A stretch of 64,000 bases of DNA from an uncultured Gammaproteobacteria bacterium (GTDB lineage: Bacteria; Patescibacteriota; Patescibacteriia; CAZGFX01), in NCBI GenBank assembly GCA_964524845.1, contig CAZGFX010000002.1, positions 6,440 to 70,439 on the forward strand, given 5' to 3'. The translations under genes and the position numbers were made by a program. How positions within the stretch are numbered: position 1 is the first letter of the stretch; each line of letters starts with the position of its first letter. The notes beneath the pieces are model-generated. The model was not told the origin of the DNA. It searched no databases and was given only the letters and a program-made list of their open reading frames with translations. This document shows, piece after piece, positions 51,164-60,306 of the stretch.

Positions 51164-52591
51164 TTATCTGTGGGATTTAACTATTACAACCCATATTGTT
51201 TTAATGAGTATAAAAATATCAAGCCAAAAACTCCAGTTTTCAATATAATACATATCAAGTCTATATTCATCTTCAAAATCAAGATCGCTTCTTCCAGATG
51301 TCTGAGCAAGTCCTGTCATACCAGGCTTGATATCAAGAAGTCTTTTATGATAATCATTATATTTGGCTACTTCTCTTTCTTGATGTGGGCGAGGGCCGAC
51401 AAGACTCATTGTTCCAGTAAATACATTATAGAGTTGTGGTAGTTCATCGAGACTGGTTCGCTCCAATAATTTCCCCAATGTAGTTCGACGAGGATCATCG
51501 ATTACTTTATAAACAGGGCCTTCTCTTTTACTTTTTTGTTGTATTAATTCCCGTTCATAAGCAAGTGCTTCCGCGTTGTTTTTGTTTTCCGAAGTAACAC
51601 AGAAATCAGTCTTCATGGTTCGAAATTTGTATGTTTTAAATAATCGTCCGCGTTGACCGACTCGTTCGTTTTTGTATATAACATATCCAGGCGAATCTAT
51701 TTTTATCCCTATAGCTATAAGTGCGAATAATGGACTTAATATGACAAGTCCTAAGGCACTTCCAACAACATCAAATGCTCGTTTAACAATTCTACCCCAT
51801 CCATCTAGTGTTGTTTTGCATATTTCTATAAGCGGAATCCCAATTGATGTATCTGATATAATTTTTGACACAGACATAGCCGAAAAATCAGGAGTATATT
51901 TTAAAATAATATGATTTGTCATTGAAAAATGGAAAAGACGCTCTTTTGTTTCTGAAGAAAATTGATCCGTGTCTGTAATAATTATTTCATCAATCTGCCG
52001 TTCGTTTGCAAGTGTTTTAAGACGAAACATAAATTCATCCGACATTTCATTTGAAAATTCAACAACAGTATATCCAAGAGATGGGTTTGTCATGCATTCC
52101 TGCCTTACATACACGCCCATTCTTCCTTTTCCTATAATAACAACTCTGTGTGTTCCTATACCTTTCTTTAAAACAAATTTTTGTATTTTAAGAACAATAA
52201 ACCGTCCTATTGCAACTAATATCATGCTTGCAATCCATGCTGTAATAATAATAAAACGAGATGAGAATAAATATCTATTCAAAAAAATCATAACCACAAT
52301 CACAAGCACAGCAGCTGATGAGGCAACAAATATTGATGCTAATTCCTGTCTGAATGTTCTCGTTATTTTCAAATTATAAAGTCCATTGAGAAAAAACATG
52401 AAAATCCAAATAAGAGCGGCAATAGCAGCAAAAGAAAGAAATTTCCATCCGGAAATACTATAAAATACCGGTACTATATCGGTAAAAGGAGCTACAAAAC
52501 GAATTTTATAAGCACATACAGCAGCTATAAGAAGCATGCAATAGTCTACAGGAACTTGTATGCTTGCGAACACTAATTCTGCTTTTTTCAT
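51164..52591 (-). CDS. Polyprenyl-phosphate sugar phosphotransferase (WbaP/bacterial sugar transferase family), initiating enzyme
   Basis: Four or five N-terminal TM helices. C-terminal catalytic domain KFRTM...SLVGPRP...PGMTGLAQ. Confidence 0.88.
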   Translation of the reverse strand: MKKAELVFASIQVPVDYCMLLIAAVCAYKIRFVAPFTDIVPVFYSISGWKFLSFAAIAALIWIFMFFLNGLYNLKITRTFRQELASIFVASSAAVLVIVVMIFLNRYLFSSRFIIITAWIASMILVAIGRFIVLKIQKFVLKKGIGTHRVVIIGKGRMGVYVRQECMTNPSLGYTVVEFSNEMSDEFMFRLKTLANERQIDEIIITDTDQFSSETKERLFHFSMTNHIILKYTPDFSAMSVSKIISDTSIGIPLIEICKTTLDGWGRIVKRAFDVVGSALGLVILSPLFALIAIGIKIDSPGYVIYKNERVGQRGRLFKTYKFRTMKTDFCVTSENKNNAEALAYERELIQQKSKREGPVYKVIDDPRRTTLGKLLERTSLDELPQLYNVFTGTMSLVGPRPHQEREVAKYNDYHKRLLDIKPGMTGLAQTSGRSDLDFEDEYRLDMYYIENWSFWLDIFILIKTIWVVIVKSHR

Positions 52592-52607
52592 TTTTTAGTA
52601 TCAAAAA

Positions 52608-52987
52608 GTCTTATTGAGATCATAAGCCGAATTCTGTTTCTGCCAAAGGCAGACAACGATCATCTCTCTAGTCCTTTCGTTACCAAAAGGATCAAGCAGC
52701 CAACCCATCCCGTCAAGCGGGATCTACTTGGCCTTGCACCCGATAGAAGTTTGCCTGTTTTTGCATGTCACCATGTAAACCGCGAGAATCTTACCTCTCG
52801 CATTTCACCCATCACCTATCGATTACTCTCAAGGCTGGTTTATTTTCTGTTGCACTTGTCCTATCCTACCAAAGTGGGACGGTGGGCGTTACCCATTATC
52901 ATGAATCAGAACTTCTTCTGAAACGGTGTTCGGACTTTCCTCTCTCCCGCCGATGGCGGGACAGCGATCGTTTTACCCAATAAGACC
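52608..52987 (-). ncRNA. rnpB: RNase P RNA, bacterial type A-like
   Basis: Minus-strand reading contains GAGAGGAAAGTCCGAACACC, GGTAACGCC, AGTGCAACAGAAA, GGGTGAAA...GGTAAGA, GCAAGGCCAA, GGTTGGCTGCTTGA and ACAGAATTCGGCTTAT in the canonical order. The ends pair as P1 (GTCTTATTG/CAATAAGAC). Confidence 0.85.
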
Positions 52988-53159
52988 ACCCATACTCTAC
53001 TATAAAAAGCTAGAAATGTGAAGCTTCTAAAAAATAATTGAATACTTATATTTAATATGTGGAAAATTAATTGACAAATAAATAAATAAAAGTATAATTA
53101 ACATATCAAGATAAGAGGACTACCAAAGGGATTTTCCCTAGGGAATGCCTCTTTTTTTG

Positions 53160-53672
53160 TTATTGTTTTTCTACTTTATTTTTAAATAAACTGATATTTG
53201 TTATATATCTACTGAATTTTCTGATTAATGAAGAAAATCTTTTACTAGGAACTAGTATTTTATATAATTTATTATTTTTTTCTAAATGTTCAATAAGACA
53301 ATAAAAATCACCATCGCCTGAAACTAAAACTGCTCCTAAGTAATTATTCCACTCAATCATTGTGTGTAATACAAGTTCTGCGTCTATATTGCCTTTAATT
53401 TTTTCTTTTCCGTTTTCTTTTATTTTAAGTGTTGGTTTAAAAATACAAATATAACCAGCTTTTTGTAACTCAATATATAATAATTGATTTTCTGGTACGT
53501 AACCAATAAATAAAAAGGCTTTTTCAACACCATATTTATATTTAAGAAAAACACGAAAACGAACAAAATCTAATATCCATCCTTGATTTTTTATACCCAA
53601 ATATAAATTATTACTATCTATAAAAGCGAAATTATTTTCTTTATTTAACATCTGTTTTTTTCTAATAAACAC
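53160..53672 (-). CDS. NYN-domain (LabA-like) protein, predicted RNase
   Basis: FAFIDSNNLY N-terminal motif and VLVSGDGDF core motif. Confidence 0.75.
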   Translation of the reverse strand: MFIRKKQMLNKENNFAFIDSNNLYLGIKNQGWILDFVRFRVFLKYKYGVEKAFLFIGYVPENQLLYIELQKAGYICIFKPTLKIKENGKEKIKGNIDAELVLHTMIEWNNYLGAVLVSGDGDFYCLIEHLEKNNKLYKILVPSKRFSSLIRKFSRYITNISLFKNKVEKQ

Positions 53673-53762
53673 AATATTATCATAATTTTATATATTTGAA
53701 AAACCACACAGTAGAAATTGAATATATATTAAACATAGGGATTAAGTACTCTTCCTGTTATA

Positions 53763-54305
53763 TTAAGTATCCGAAAACTCAAACCTTTCGAGAATGGTGT
53801 ATTCGGAAAATCCGTGAGATTCCATGAGGACAATAGATGAAACCTCCTCGTCCCATTCAAATTCAGATCTAACACCTATACGCTTCAACTCATCGGCCCC
53901 GTCTTTTTTGAATCGAGCTAGCGTTATATGAGTTTTGAAAGTTCTTTTTTCGTCATAAAAAACAACTTCTTTTTTAAGCAATTCAAAAACTTTTTTTCTA
54001 AGAAATAAGAGTTTGTCATTGGTATTTCCTATAATCCACAACAATGATGGATCATTCTTTTTTGGGCCACCGAGTTCTACTTGTGACAAATATATATGAA
54101 ATTTATCTTGTTCTTTTATTGATTGTAATTTATTAGAAATATCTGAGATTGAATCCTCGTCCCATGAAGGAACAAGTGTTATGTGCATATTATGAGACTT
54201 TAACCATCTTATGTGTGAAGTTTCTCCGTAACCAGAAATGTATTCGGTTATATATTTTTGAAAACCTGTCGATAATGGAATGGCTATAAATATTCTTTTT
54301 TTCAT
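53763..54305 (-). CDS. thpR: RNA 2',3'-cyclic phosphodiesterase (LigT/ThpR, 2H family)
   Basis: Two H-x-T/S-x motifs: HNMHITLV and KTHITLARF. 180 aa. Confidence 0.8.
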   Translation of the reverse strand: MKKRIFIAIPLSTGFQKYITEYISGYGETSHIRWLKSHNMHITLVPSWDEDSISDISNKLQSIKEQDKFHIYLSQVELGGPKKNDPSLLWIIGNTNDKLLFLRKKVFELLKKEVVFYDEKRTFKTHITLARFKKDGADELKRIGVRSEFEWDEEVSSIVLMESHGFSEYTILERFEFSDT

Positions 54306-54313
54306 ATATCAGA

Positions 54314-54568
54314 CTATAATGTCTTCTCTCGTATTAAACGCGCTCTTTTTGCTCGTGTTCCATGAAAATACCCACCTACACTTCCGTCAGACTTTATAAC
54401 ACGATGACAAGGAACGTTTGGATTCCTGTTTTTATTAAGAATATTTCCAACTGCTCTATATGCCATTGGTTTTCCTGCTTTTTCAGCAACTTTTTTATAT
54501 GACAATGTCTTACCGCGCGGAATTTTCGCTACAATTTTATATACGCGATCAGCAAAAGATTGTTTCAT
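54314..54568 (-). CDS. Methylated-DNA-protein-cysteine methyltransferase, catalytic/DNA-binding domain only (84 aa)
   Basis: VPCHRVI active-site motif with the Cys retained. Confidence 0.75.
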   Translation of the reverse strand: MKQSFADRVYKIVAKIPRGKTLSYKKVAEKAGKPMAYRAVGNILNKNRNPNVPCHRVIKSDGSVGGYFHGTRAKRARLIREKTL

Positions 54569-54576
54569 ATAATGTA

Positions 54577-54795
54577 TTATTGAATATTAACAATCTTCTT
54601 TTTTGATGTGTACCCAGAAATAATTGAAAATCGCGAAGGAGCTATATCAAAATAATCAGCAAGTGCTTTTATAACAGCCTCATTTGCCTGTCCATCATGA
54701 GGAGGAGCTGATACACGCACAACGAACGATTCATCATTGTTTTTCTCAACAGAAGTTCCGCGCGCACGCGCTTTCACTATAACTGATATTTTCAT
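54577..54795 (-). CDS. YggU/DUF167 family protein
   Basis: VRVSAPPHDGQANEAVIKALADYF...SGYTSKKKIVNI matches the DUF167 pattern. Confidence 0.7.
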   Translation of the reverse strand: MKISVIVKARARGTSVEKNNDESFVVRVSAPPHDGQANEAVIKALADYFDIAPSRFSIISGYTSKKKIVNIQ

Positions 54796-54825
54796 ATAAA
54801 AAAATTTATATATGAATTGCGATAT

Positions 54826-55866
54826 TTAAATAAAAAACTTCTTCAATCGATCGATATTTTTCTTATCCGGCCCACCACCATCAAATCCAGGAACTTCCAG
54901 TATCCATGGTATTGCGCGTGCGCGCGGATCATTGGCAAGTGCGACAAATCCAGACATTCCAATAAACCCTTCTCCTATGTTTTCGTGTTTATCATGATTC
55001 GAAGAAGCTTCTGTCATGGAATCATTGGTGTGAATTAAAACAATGTTTTCCATTCCAATTTCTTTTTCCAAAATATCAAAAGCTTTTTTTACACCTTGTC
55101 CTGAAAAGTCTGTTAATATTCCCGACTCAAAAGCGTGTGCTGTATCAATACATATTTTTATCCTAGGAGATTTTATTGTTCTAAATATTTTTCCAAGCTC
55201 TTCAAACGAAGATCCGAGCTTATCTCCTCCACCCGCAGAGTTTTCCATTATTAAATAAGAAGATCCAGGAACATTATTTATAACCTCATTCATACCAAAA
55301 ACAAGACGATTAATAGAATCTGTCCTGTCAGACCCTTTTCCTGATCCAAGATGAAATACAAGTCCTTTTGCCCCAATCATTTCCGTAATACGAAGATGAT
55401 CAGTTAGATTTTTTATTGATTTTGCATATATAACTTCATCTGGGCTTGCTAGATTTACCAAGTATGAAGCATGAAGAAAAACAGGACCGATTACAGAACT
55501 TGTTTCAAGAACTTTTTTGTATTTTTGAATTTCTTCTTGTGATGGAAACACAGTTGTCCATTGACGCGGAGAAGATCCAAATATTTGCATACAATTGGCC
55601 CCGATAGACTCCGCTGATAAAACAGCCGTGTGATATCCTCCACTAACTCCTACATGAGCACCAATATACTGAATATTTGTCTTTTTAATTTTTGTCTGAT
55701 TCTTTTTTAAAAAAACAGTCGGGATGTTTGTTAATTGTTTTATATTTTTAACACTTGTTTTTTTTGATAATAAGCCCTTTTTTAATCTAACAGACGCTCG
55801 AAATCCAGAAGGGGTTCTATATGCTGCACCACCTTTTGACGATTTCATTCTAGAATTATTCTTCAT
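54826..55866 (-). CDS. nfo: Endonuclease IV (AP endonuclease family 2) with a ~65-aa basic N-terminal extension
   Basis: From IQYIGAHVGVSGG onward it is collinear with E. coli Nfo (…ENSAGGG…CIDTAHAF…HTNDS…). There is no internal ATG before residue ~95, so the K/R-rich leader appears to be part of the protein unless a non-ATG start is used. Confidence 0.85.
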   Translation of the reverse strand: MKNNSRMKSSKGGAAYRTPSGFRASVRLKKGLLSKKTSVKNIKQLTNIPTVFLKKNQTKIKKTNIQYIGAHVGVSGGYHTAVLSAESIGANCMQIFGSSPRQWTTVFPSQEEIQKYKKVLETSSVIGPVFLHASYLVNLASPDEVIYAKSIKNLTDHLRITEMIGAKGLVFHLGSGKGSDRTDSINRLVFGMNEVINNVPGSSYLIMENSAGGGDKLGSSFEELGKIFRTIKSPRIKICIDTAHAFESGILTDFSGQGVKKAFDILEKEIGMENIVLIHTNDSMTEASSNHDKHENIGEGFIGMSGFVALANDPRARAIPWILEVPGFDGGGPDKKNIDRLKKFFI

Positions 55867-56530
55867 ATGCTTATATTGTAGCTATTTTTGACATTTAGAA
55901 CAAACAGATATAAACTGTAGTCACGCTAATTTCTCATCTTTCTCCTCCTAAATGGTAAAAGCCCTTCTCAAATTCGAGAAGGGCTTATTTTCATGTTTGA
56001 AAGTATTTGCATTTTTACAATTTTAAAAAAATAAAAGCAGAGCTTTTCAAAAAAGCCCTGCTTTCTCAATATATAAAAAAACTATATTGCACGCACGATC
56101 TGGGTAGATACAATAACTGCGAACATAAACACCATAAAAACCCCAAACCCAGTAAATAAATGTTTCTTCATAAGAATATTATTTGAATGCAGGGGAAACC
56201 TTACCCTCTTACAGATATCGGGTCAACACTTCCTAATCTTGACGAAAACCTATTTTGTGTTTTCATATGATAAAAAGCTTCTTTTTCAATTGTTCTAAGC
56301 GATTTCTGATATTCACAATTTTAATATTATGCCTGTGAATATCTTTTAAAAATTGTGGTTTTTTGAAAAATAATCATGTTTTATAAAGAACAGTTTTAGT
56401 GTTCCTGCCGAACATAAAATGTGTTTTTATCTAATTATAGCCAAAAGAAAAACACCCCAGCGCAAGTGCGATGAGGTGTTTTTCTAATGAGGCTTCAACT
56501 ATGGACATGCCATAGAAAATTAAATGTGCA

Positions 56531-56713
56531 TTATGGCTTTTGTGCCATAAGATATGTGTTTTTTATATTTTCACTGTTTTTAAGCTCCATAAGAAACGGC
56601 GTATGGTTAGAAAGCATATTAAGAACAGTCCCATTTTTTATAATAACTTCTATACGGCTATGAAAACTTCGCTTTCGAGCCTGTCTCGTTACTAAACTTT
56701 TTAAATCATTCAT
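56531..56713 (-). CDS. Small ORF (60 aa) divergent from lexA. Possibly real, possibly spurious.
   Basis: Only ORF-level evidence. Confidence 0.2.
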   Translation of the reverse strand: MNDLKSLVTRQARKRSFHSRIEVIIKNGTVLNMLSNHTPFLMELKNSENIKNTYLMAQKP

Positions 56714-56837
56714 ATTTTTATAATTACATACCTTACGTAATAATACTAGAACAAATCATAGAACAATGCAATACGTTCTTGCTTTACTTGTGGATATGTG
56801 ATAACATACATATAGAATAGCTTATATAAGCAATTTT

Positions 56838-57455
56838 ATGAGTATAAAAAAACTGCATCCCACACAAGAGAAACTATTGGAGCTGTTGAAAACTCACGCC
56901 GATGATCCTCTGACGATTAGAGAGCTTCAGGAGGCCGTAGACGCATCGTCTACAAGTGTTGTCGCTCATCATTTATTAGCACTTGAAAAGAAGGGCTTCC
57001 TTAAGCGAAACCCTTACAATCCGAAGGATTATCAAGTTCTTTCTGACAACCCTGAAAAACAAATCACTTTTCTTAATTTATATGGACTTGCACACTGTGG
57101 CCCAAAAGGATCTCTTCTTGATGGATCGCCAATTGACCGAGTTCCTCTTTCAACGCGCCTATTAAGCTTCCCTTCTGTAGAAGGGTTTATGGTAAAAGCA
57201 AAAGGAGACTCTATGGAGCCGAAAATACACGATGGAGACCTTCTTATTGCGCGCAGAAGCCAAGATGCCGATAATGGATCTGTTGTGGTATGTATAAACG
57301 ACGGAGAGGCACTCGTGAAGAAGGTTCAGAGGAACGGCAATCAAACATTCCTGACATCTCTTAATTCTTCTTACTCACCCTTTCTCGCAAGCACAGACTT
57401 TCGTATCGAAGGAATAATAAAGGGCGTTATTAGCCAAAATATCCAGTCTTTATAA
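56838..57455 (+). CDS. lexA: LexA-like repressor (winged-helix plus S24 peptidase)
   Basis: C-terminal GDSMEPKIHDGDLL (catalytic Ser) and ALVKKV (Lys). N-terminal wHTH LHPTQEKLLELL. Confidence 0.78.
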   Translation: MSIKKLHPTQEKLLELLKTHADDPLTIRELQEAVDASSTSVVAHHLLALEKKGFLKRNPYNPKDYQVLSDNPEKQITFLNLYGLAHCGPKGSLLDGSPIDRVPLSTRLLSFPSVEGFMVKAKGDSMEPKIHDGDLLIARRSQDADNGSVVVCINDGEALVKKVQRNGNQTFLTSLNSSYSPFLASTDFRIEGIIKGVISQNIQSL

Positions 57456-57543
57456 AGAACAAAACTGAGGGTTGCTTTTTTATTTGTTATGTGTTATTAT
57501 TATTTGAAATAAATAAAACAAATCAACAAAAAAGGAAATAAAA

Positions 57544-57867
57544 ATGTGCCAATCTTACTTTGATCCTATCACAAGAAATATTAAAAGGCTTCAAAACAAA
57601 AAAGCAGTAGAGCTTATAAAGCAGTTTTTTGAAGAAATTACAAATATATCTTCAAGTGACTTAGATCATTTCGCTCTTGCAGAACATATTCAAAAGATAA
57701 GTAAAAATCTTTTTTCAGAAATATCAGCAGGAGAAGATAAATTTATTTTAGAAAACACAGCAGTAATTATTTGTATAGATTTACGAAATCACTCCGAAGA
57801 ATCAATAGATAAAAAGAAAGAGACATATAAAAGAATATTTGAAATAATTAATAAAACCCCGCAATAA
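57544..57867 (+). CDS. Hypothetical small protein (107 aa)
   Basis: ORF followed by a strong terminator at 57855-57893 (ccccgca/tgcgggg plus T-run). Confidence 0.5.
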   Translation: MCQSYFDPITRNIKRLQNKKAVELIKQFFEEITNISSSDLDHFALAEHIQKISKNLFSEISAGEDKFILENTAVIICIDLRNHSEESIDKKKETYKRIFEIINKTPQ

Positions 57868-57930
57868 AATAATATGCGGGGTATTTTTTTATTTTATATA
57901 ATAAATATGTAGGTATGTTTTTTTAAACAT

Positions 57931-59313
57931 CTAAAAAATAAGCGTATACACGGTCGCGATACTTGTCGCTCCCATAAGCACGACGAGCGCCCACCCGACA
58001 GTTTTCGCAAGCCACCCATTTGACCACCTGCCCATTATTTTTTTGTTACCAGCAATAAGTACAACAAATACTATAATTATAGGTGCAATAATGCCATTCG
58101 TAACAGCTGAATAAATAAGTGCTTGAACGGGATCGATTCCGAGAAAATTTATAAAAAAACCAATACACATTGATAGAATTATAATTCCATAAAATGAATA
58201 TGCATTGCGTAACTTCCTATACAAACCCTCCTTCCAGCCAAAACTCTCTGAAATAGCATAAGAAGCCGAACTGGCTAAAACAGGTATTGCTAGAAGTCCT
58301 GTACCGATAACTCCGAGCGCAAAAAGCGCATATGCACTATCACCCGCGATAGGCTTAAGCGCGAGGGCGGTCTCAGCAAGAGTCGTGATTGTAAAAATTC
58401 CCTGTGCATGCAGTGTCACAGCAGAAGCAACAATAATAAAAAACATAACAATATTGGAGAAGAACATACCAAACCAATTATCAACTCTCATATCATGAAT
58501 TTCAGCTTTTGTGGCGCCCTCGCGCTCATGAATTGTTTTCCTACCAATATTGATTTCCTCTTCTACTTCTTGAGATGGTTCCCAAAAAAATAAATATGGA
58601 GAAATAGTAGTTCCCAATATAGCACATATGATCAAAATATGATCTTTTGTAAATAACATTGTCGGAACAAAAAGATGCACATGCACTTCTTTCCAATCAA
58701 TACCAACCATAAGAGCGGATACTATATATGCAAGAAGCACAAATGATAGCCACTTTAAATATCGCGCGTATTTTTTATAAGGCACAAAAACAACTAAAAA
58801 CAAACAGAAAATAGTAAATGCAATAATAACAAAAGAAAAATTAGAAAAAGGAAAAACAAGTTGAGTTACTTTTGCCATCGCTCCCAAATCAACACCAATA
58901 TTAAATGTATTCGCAATAAACAATAATAGTGTACACGTATACAAAATGGGTTTTGAAAAATGTTTTTTTATATTTTCGGCAAGTCCCCTTCCTGTAACAA
59001 TTCCTATACGAGCACACATTTCCTGAATGGTACCCATGAATGGAAATGAAAAAAGCGCCAACCATGTAAATTGATAACCATATGCAGCTCCTGTTTGAGA
59101 GTACGTTTGAATACCGGACGGATCATCATCAGCTGCACCTGTAACGAGTCCCGGTCCAAGCGTATTCCAATACTTCAGCGCTTTGCGCGCAGGACGATTG
59201 TTTGTAAGCTCTCTTGATATTTTTTTTGAAGAACGAACTGTCGTATCAAGCATACGAGCAGGTTTTTCTATAATCTTTTCTATTTTTTTATTCTTTTTTT
59301 TATTCATAAACAT
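57931..59313 (-). CDS. mntH: NRAMP-family divalent metal (Mn2+/Fe2+) transporter
   Basis: GPGLVTGAADDDPSGIQTYSQTGAAYGY signature and about 11 TM helices. Confidence 0.88.
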   Translation of the reverse strand: MFMNKKKNKKIEKIIEKPARMLDTTVRSSKKISRELTNNRPARKALKYWNTLGPGLVTGAADDDPSGIQTYSQTGAAYGYQFTWLALFSFPFMGTIQEMCARIGIVTGRGLAENIKKHFSKPILYTCTLLLFIANTFNIGVDLGAMAKVTQLVFPFSNFSFVIIAFTIFCLFLVVFVPYKKYARYLKWLSFVLLAYIVSALMVGIDWKEVHVHLFVPTMLFTKDHILIICAILGTTISPYLFFWEPSQEVEEEINIGRKTIHEREGATKAEIHDMRVDNWFGMFFSNIVMFFIIVASAVTLHAQGIFTITTLAETALALKPIAGDSAYALFALGVIGTGLLAIPVLASSASYAISESFGWKEGLYRKLRNAYSFYGIIILSMCIGFFINFLGIDPVQALIYSAVTNGIIAPIIIVFVVLIAGNKKIMGRWSNGWLAKTVGWALVVLMGATSIATVYTLIF

Positions 59314-59406
59314 AGAAAATGGGCATCTGTTGTATTAATGTGTATATTATACATTATTTTCATGACAAAATGTAGTTTCTTTGTTAAAAATAATTTTAAA
59401 AATACA

Positions 59407-59435
59407 TTGACTTCTTTTTTAAAAAAAGCTATAGT
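59407..59435 (+). promoter_or_regulatory. Sigma70-type promoter (TTGACT, 17-bp spacer, TATAGT) for the TPR gene
   Basis: Near-consensus hexamers with exact 17-bp spacing, about 80 nt upstream of the ATG at 59515. Confidence 0.5.
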
Positions 59436-59514
59436 AACACGAAAATTAACATATAAAATAATTTATTAAAAAACAACCAATCAGCCAATTGATGGCCGAA
59501 GGGAGAATAAAGAA

Positions 59515-60273
59515 ATGAGAGCATTTTACAAGTTTCAGCAACTTAAGTTCATGCGATATCAAAACAAAGGAATGCTTGATAGGGGTATAGAACTAGCAAA
59601 CAAATTAATTAAAAACAATGTCGTAAAAGAAGATTCTCGAGAATATTGCGACACATTGAAACGAAGAGGATTTTTGTATTATTTAAAAGGAAATATTCAC
59701 GGATTTCTTGAAGATGTTATGCTTTCTTTGCATGCTGCAGAAAAAAACAAATTTTTTCTCGAAGAATCAAACTGTCTTGGTATATTAGGTCTTTATTATC
59801 AAGATACAAAAAAAGATTTTGAAAAAGCTATTAAATTCTATAAAGAAGCGATCGATATCAAAAAAAGGATAAGAGACGATATTGAAAACATAAACAAAAT
59901 TCAAATCAATATGGGTACTCTTTACAGAGAAACCGGTAATTATTTGGCTTCCGAAAACTCATTCGTATTTGTTCTCGCAAAAACAACTGATAAGAAATTA
60001 AAAATAAATTGTCATCTCGAACTTGGAAGATTGTATAACATTCAAGAAAATCTCCTGAAAGCAAAAGAAGAACTTCAAACAGCACTGAAACTACTTCCTA
60101 GAAGATCTTTTGTAAATGAAAGGGCTGATTGTTATAGAGAATTAGCCAGAATCGCGCGAAAAGAGCACGATAGAAAAACAAGTTCAGAAATGTACAAAAA
60201 AGCTTTTTATCTATATAAAAAACACGGATATATAGCAAAAGAAATGGAAATAAAAAAAGAAATGCATCATTAA
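59515..60273 (+). CDS. TPR-repeat protein
   Basis: Several 34-aa helical repeats with the W/LG/Y/A/F/A/P-like spacing. A bidirectional terminator (cccggc/gccggg plus T-run) lies at 60278-60310. Confidence 0.65.
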   Translation: MRAFYKFQQLKFMRYQNKGMLDRGIELANKLIKNNVVKEDSREYCDTLKRRGFLYYLKGNIHGFLEDVMLSLHAAEKNKFFLEESNCLGILGLYYQDTKKDFEKAIKFYKEAIDIKKRIRDDIENINKIQINMGTLYRETGNYLASENSFVFVLAKTTDKKLKINCHLELGRLYNIQENLLKAKEELQTALKLLPRRSFVNERADCYRELARIARKEHDRKTSSEMYKKAFYLYKKHGYIAKEMEIKKEMHH

Positions 60274-60306
60274 AATAATGCCCGGCGAAAATATAGCCGG
60301 GTTTTT

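Noticed and set aside
52765-52983. 72-aa plus-strand ORF
   Set aside because: It falls completely within the RNase P RNA gene on the opposite strand, so it is not coding.
56083-56172. 29-aa hydrophobic mini-ORF on the minus strand (MKKHLFTGFGVFMVFMFAVIVSTQIVRAI)
   Set aside because: It has no RBS and lies below any sensible length threshold. It could be a real membrane micro-protein but cannot be supported from sequence alone.
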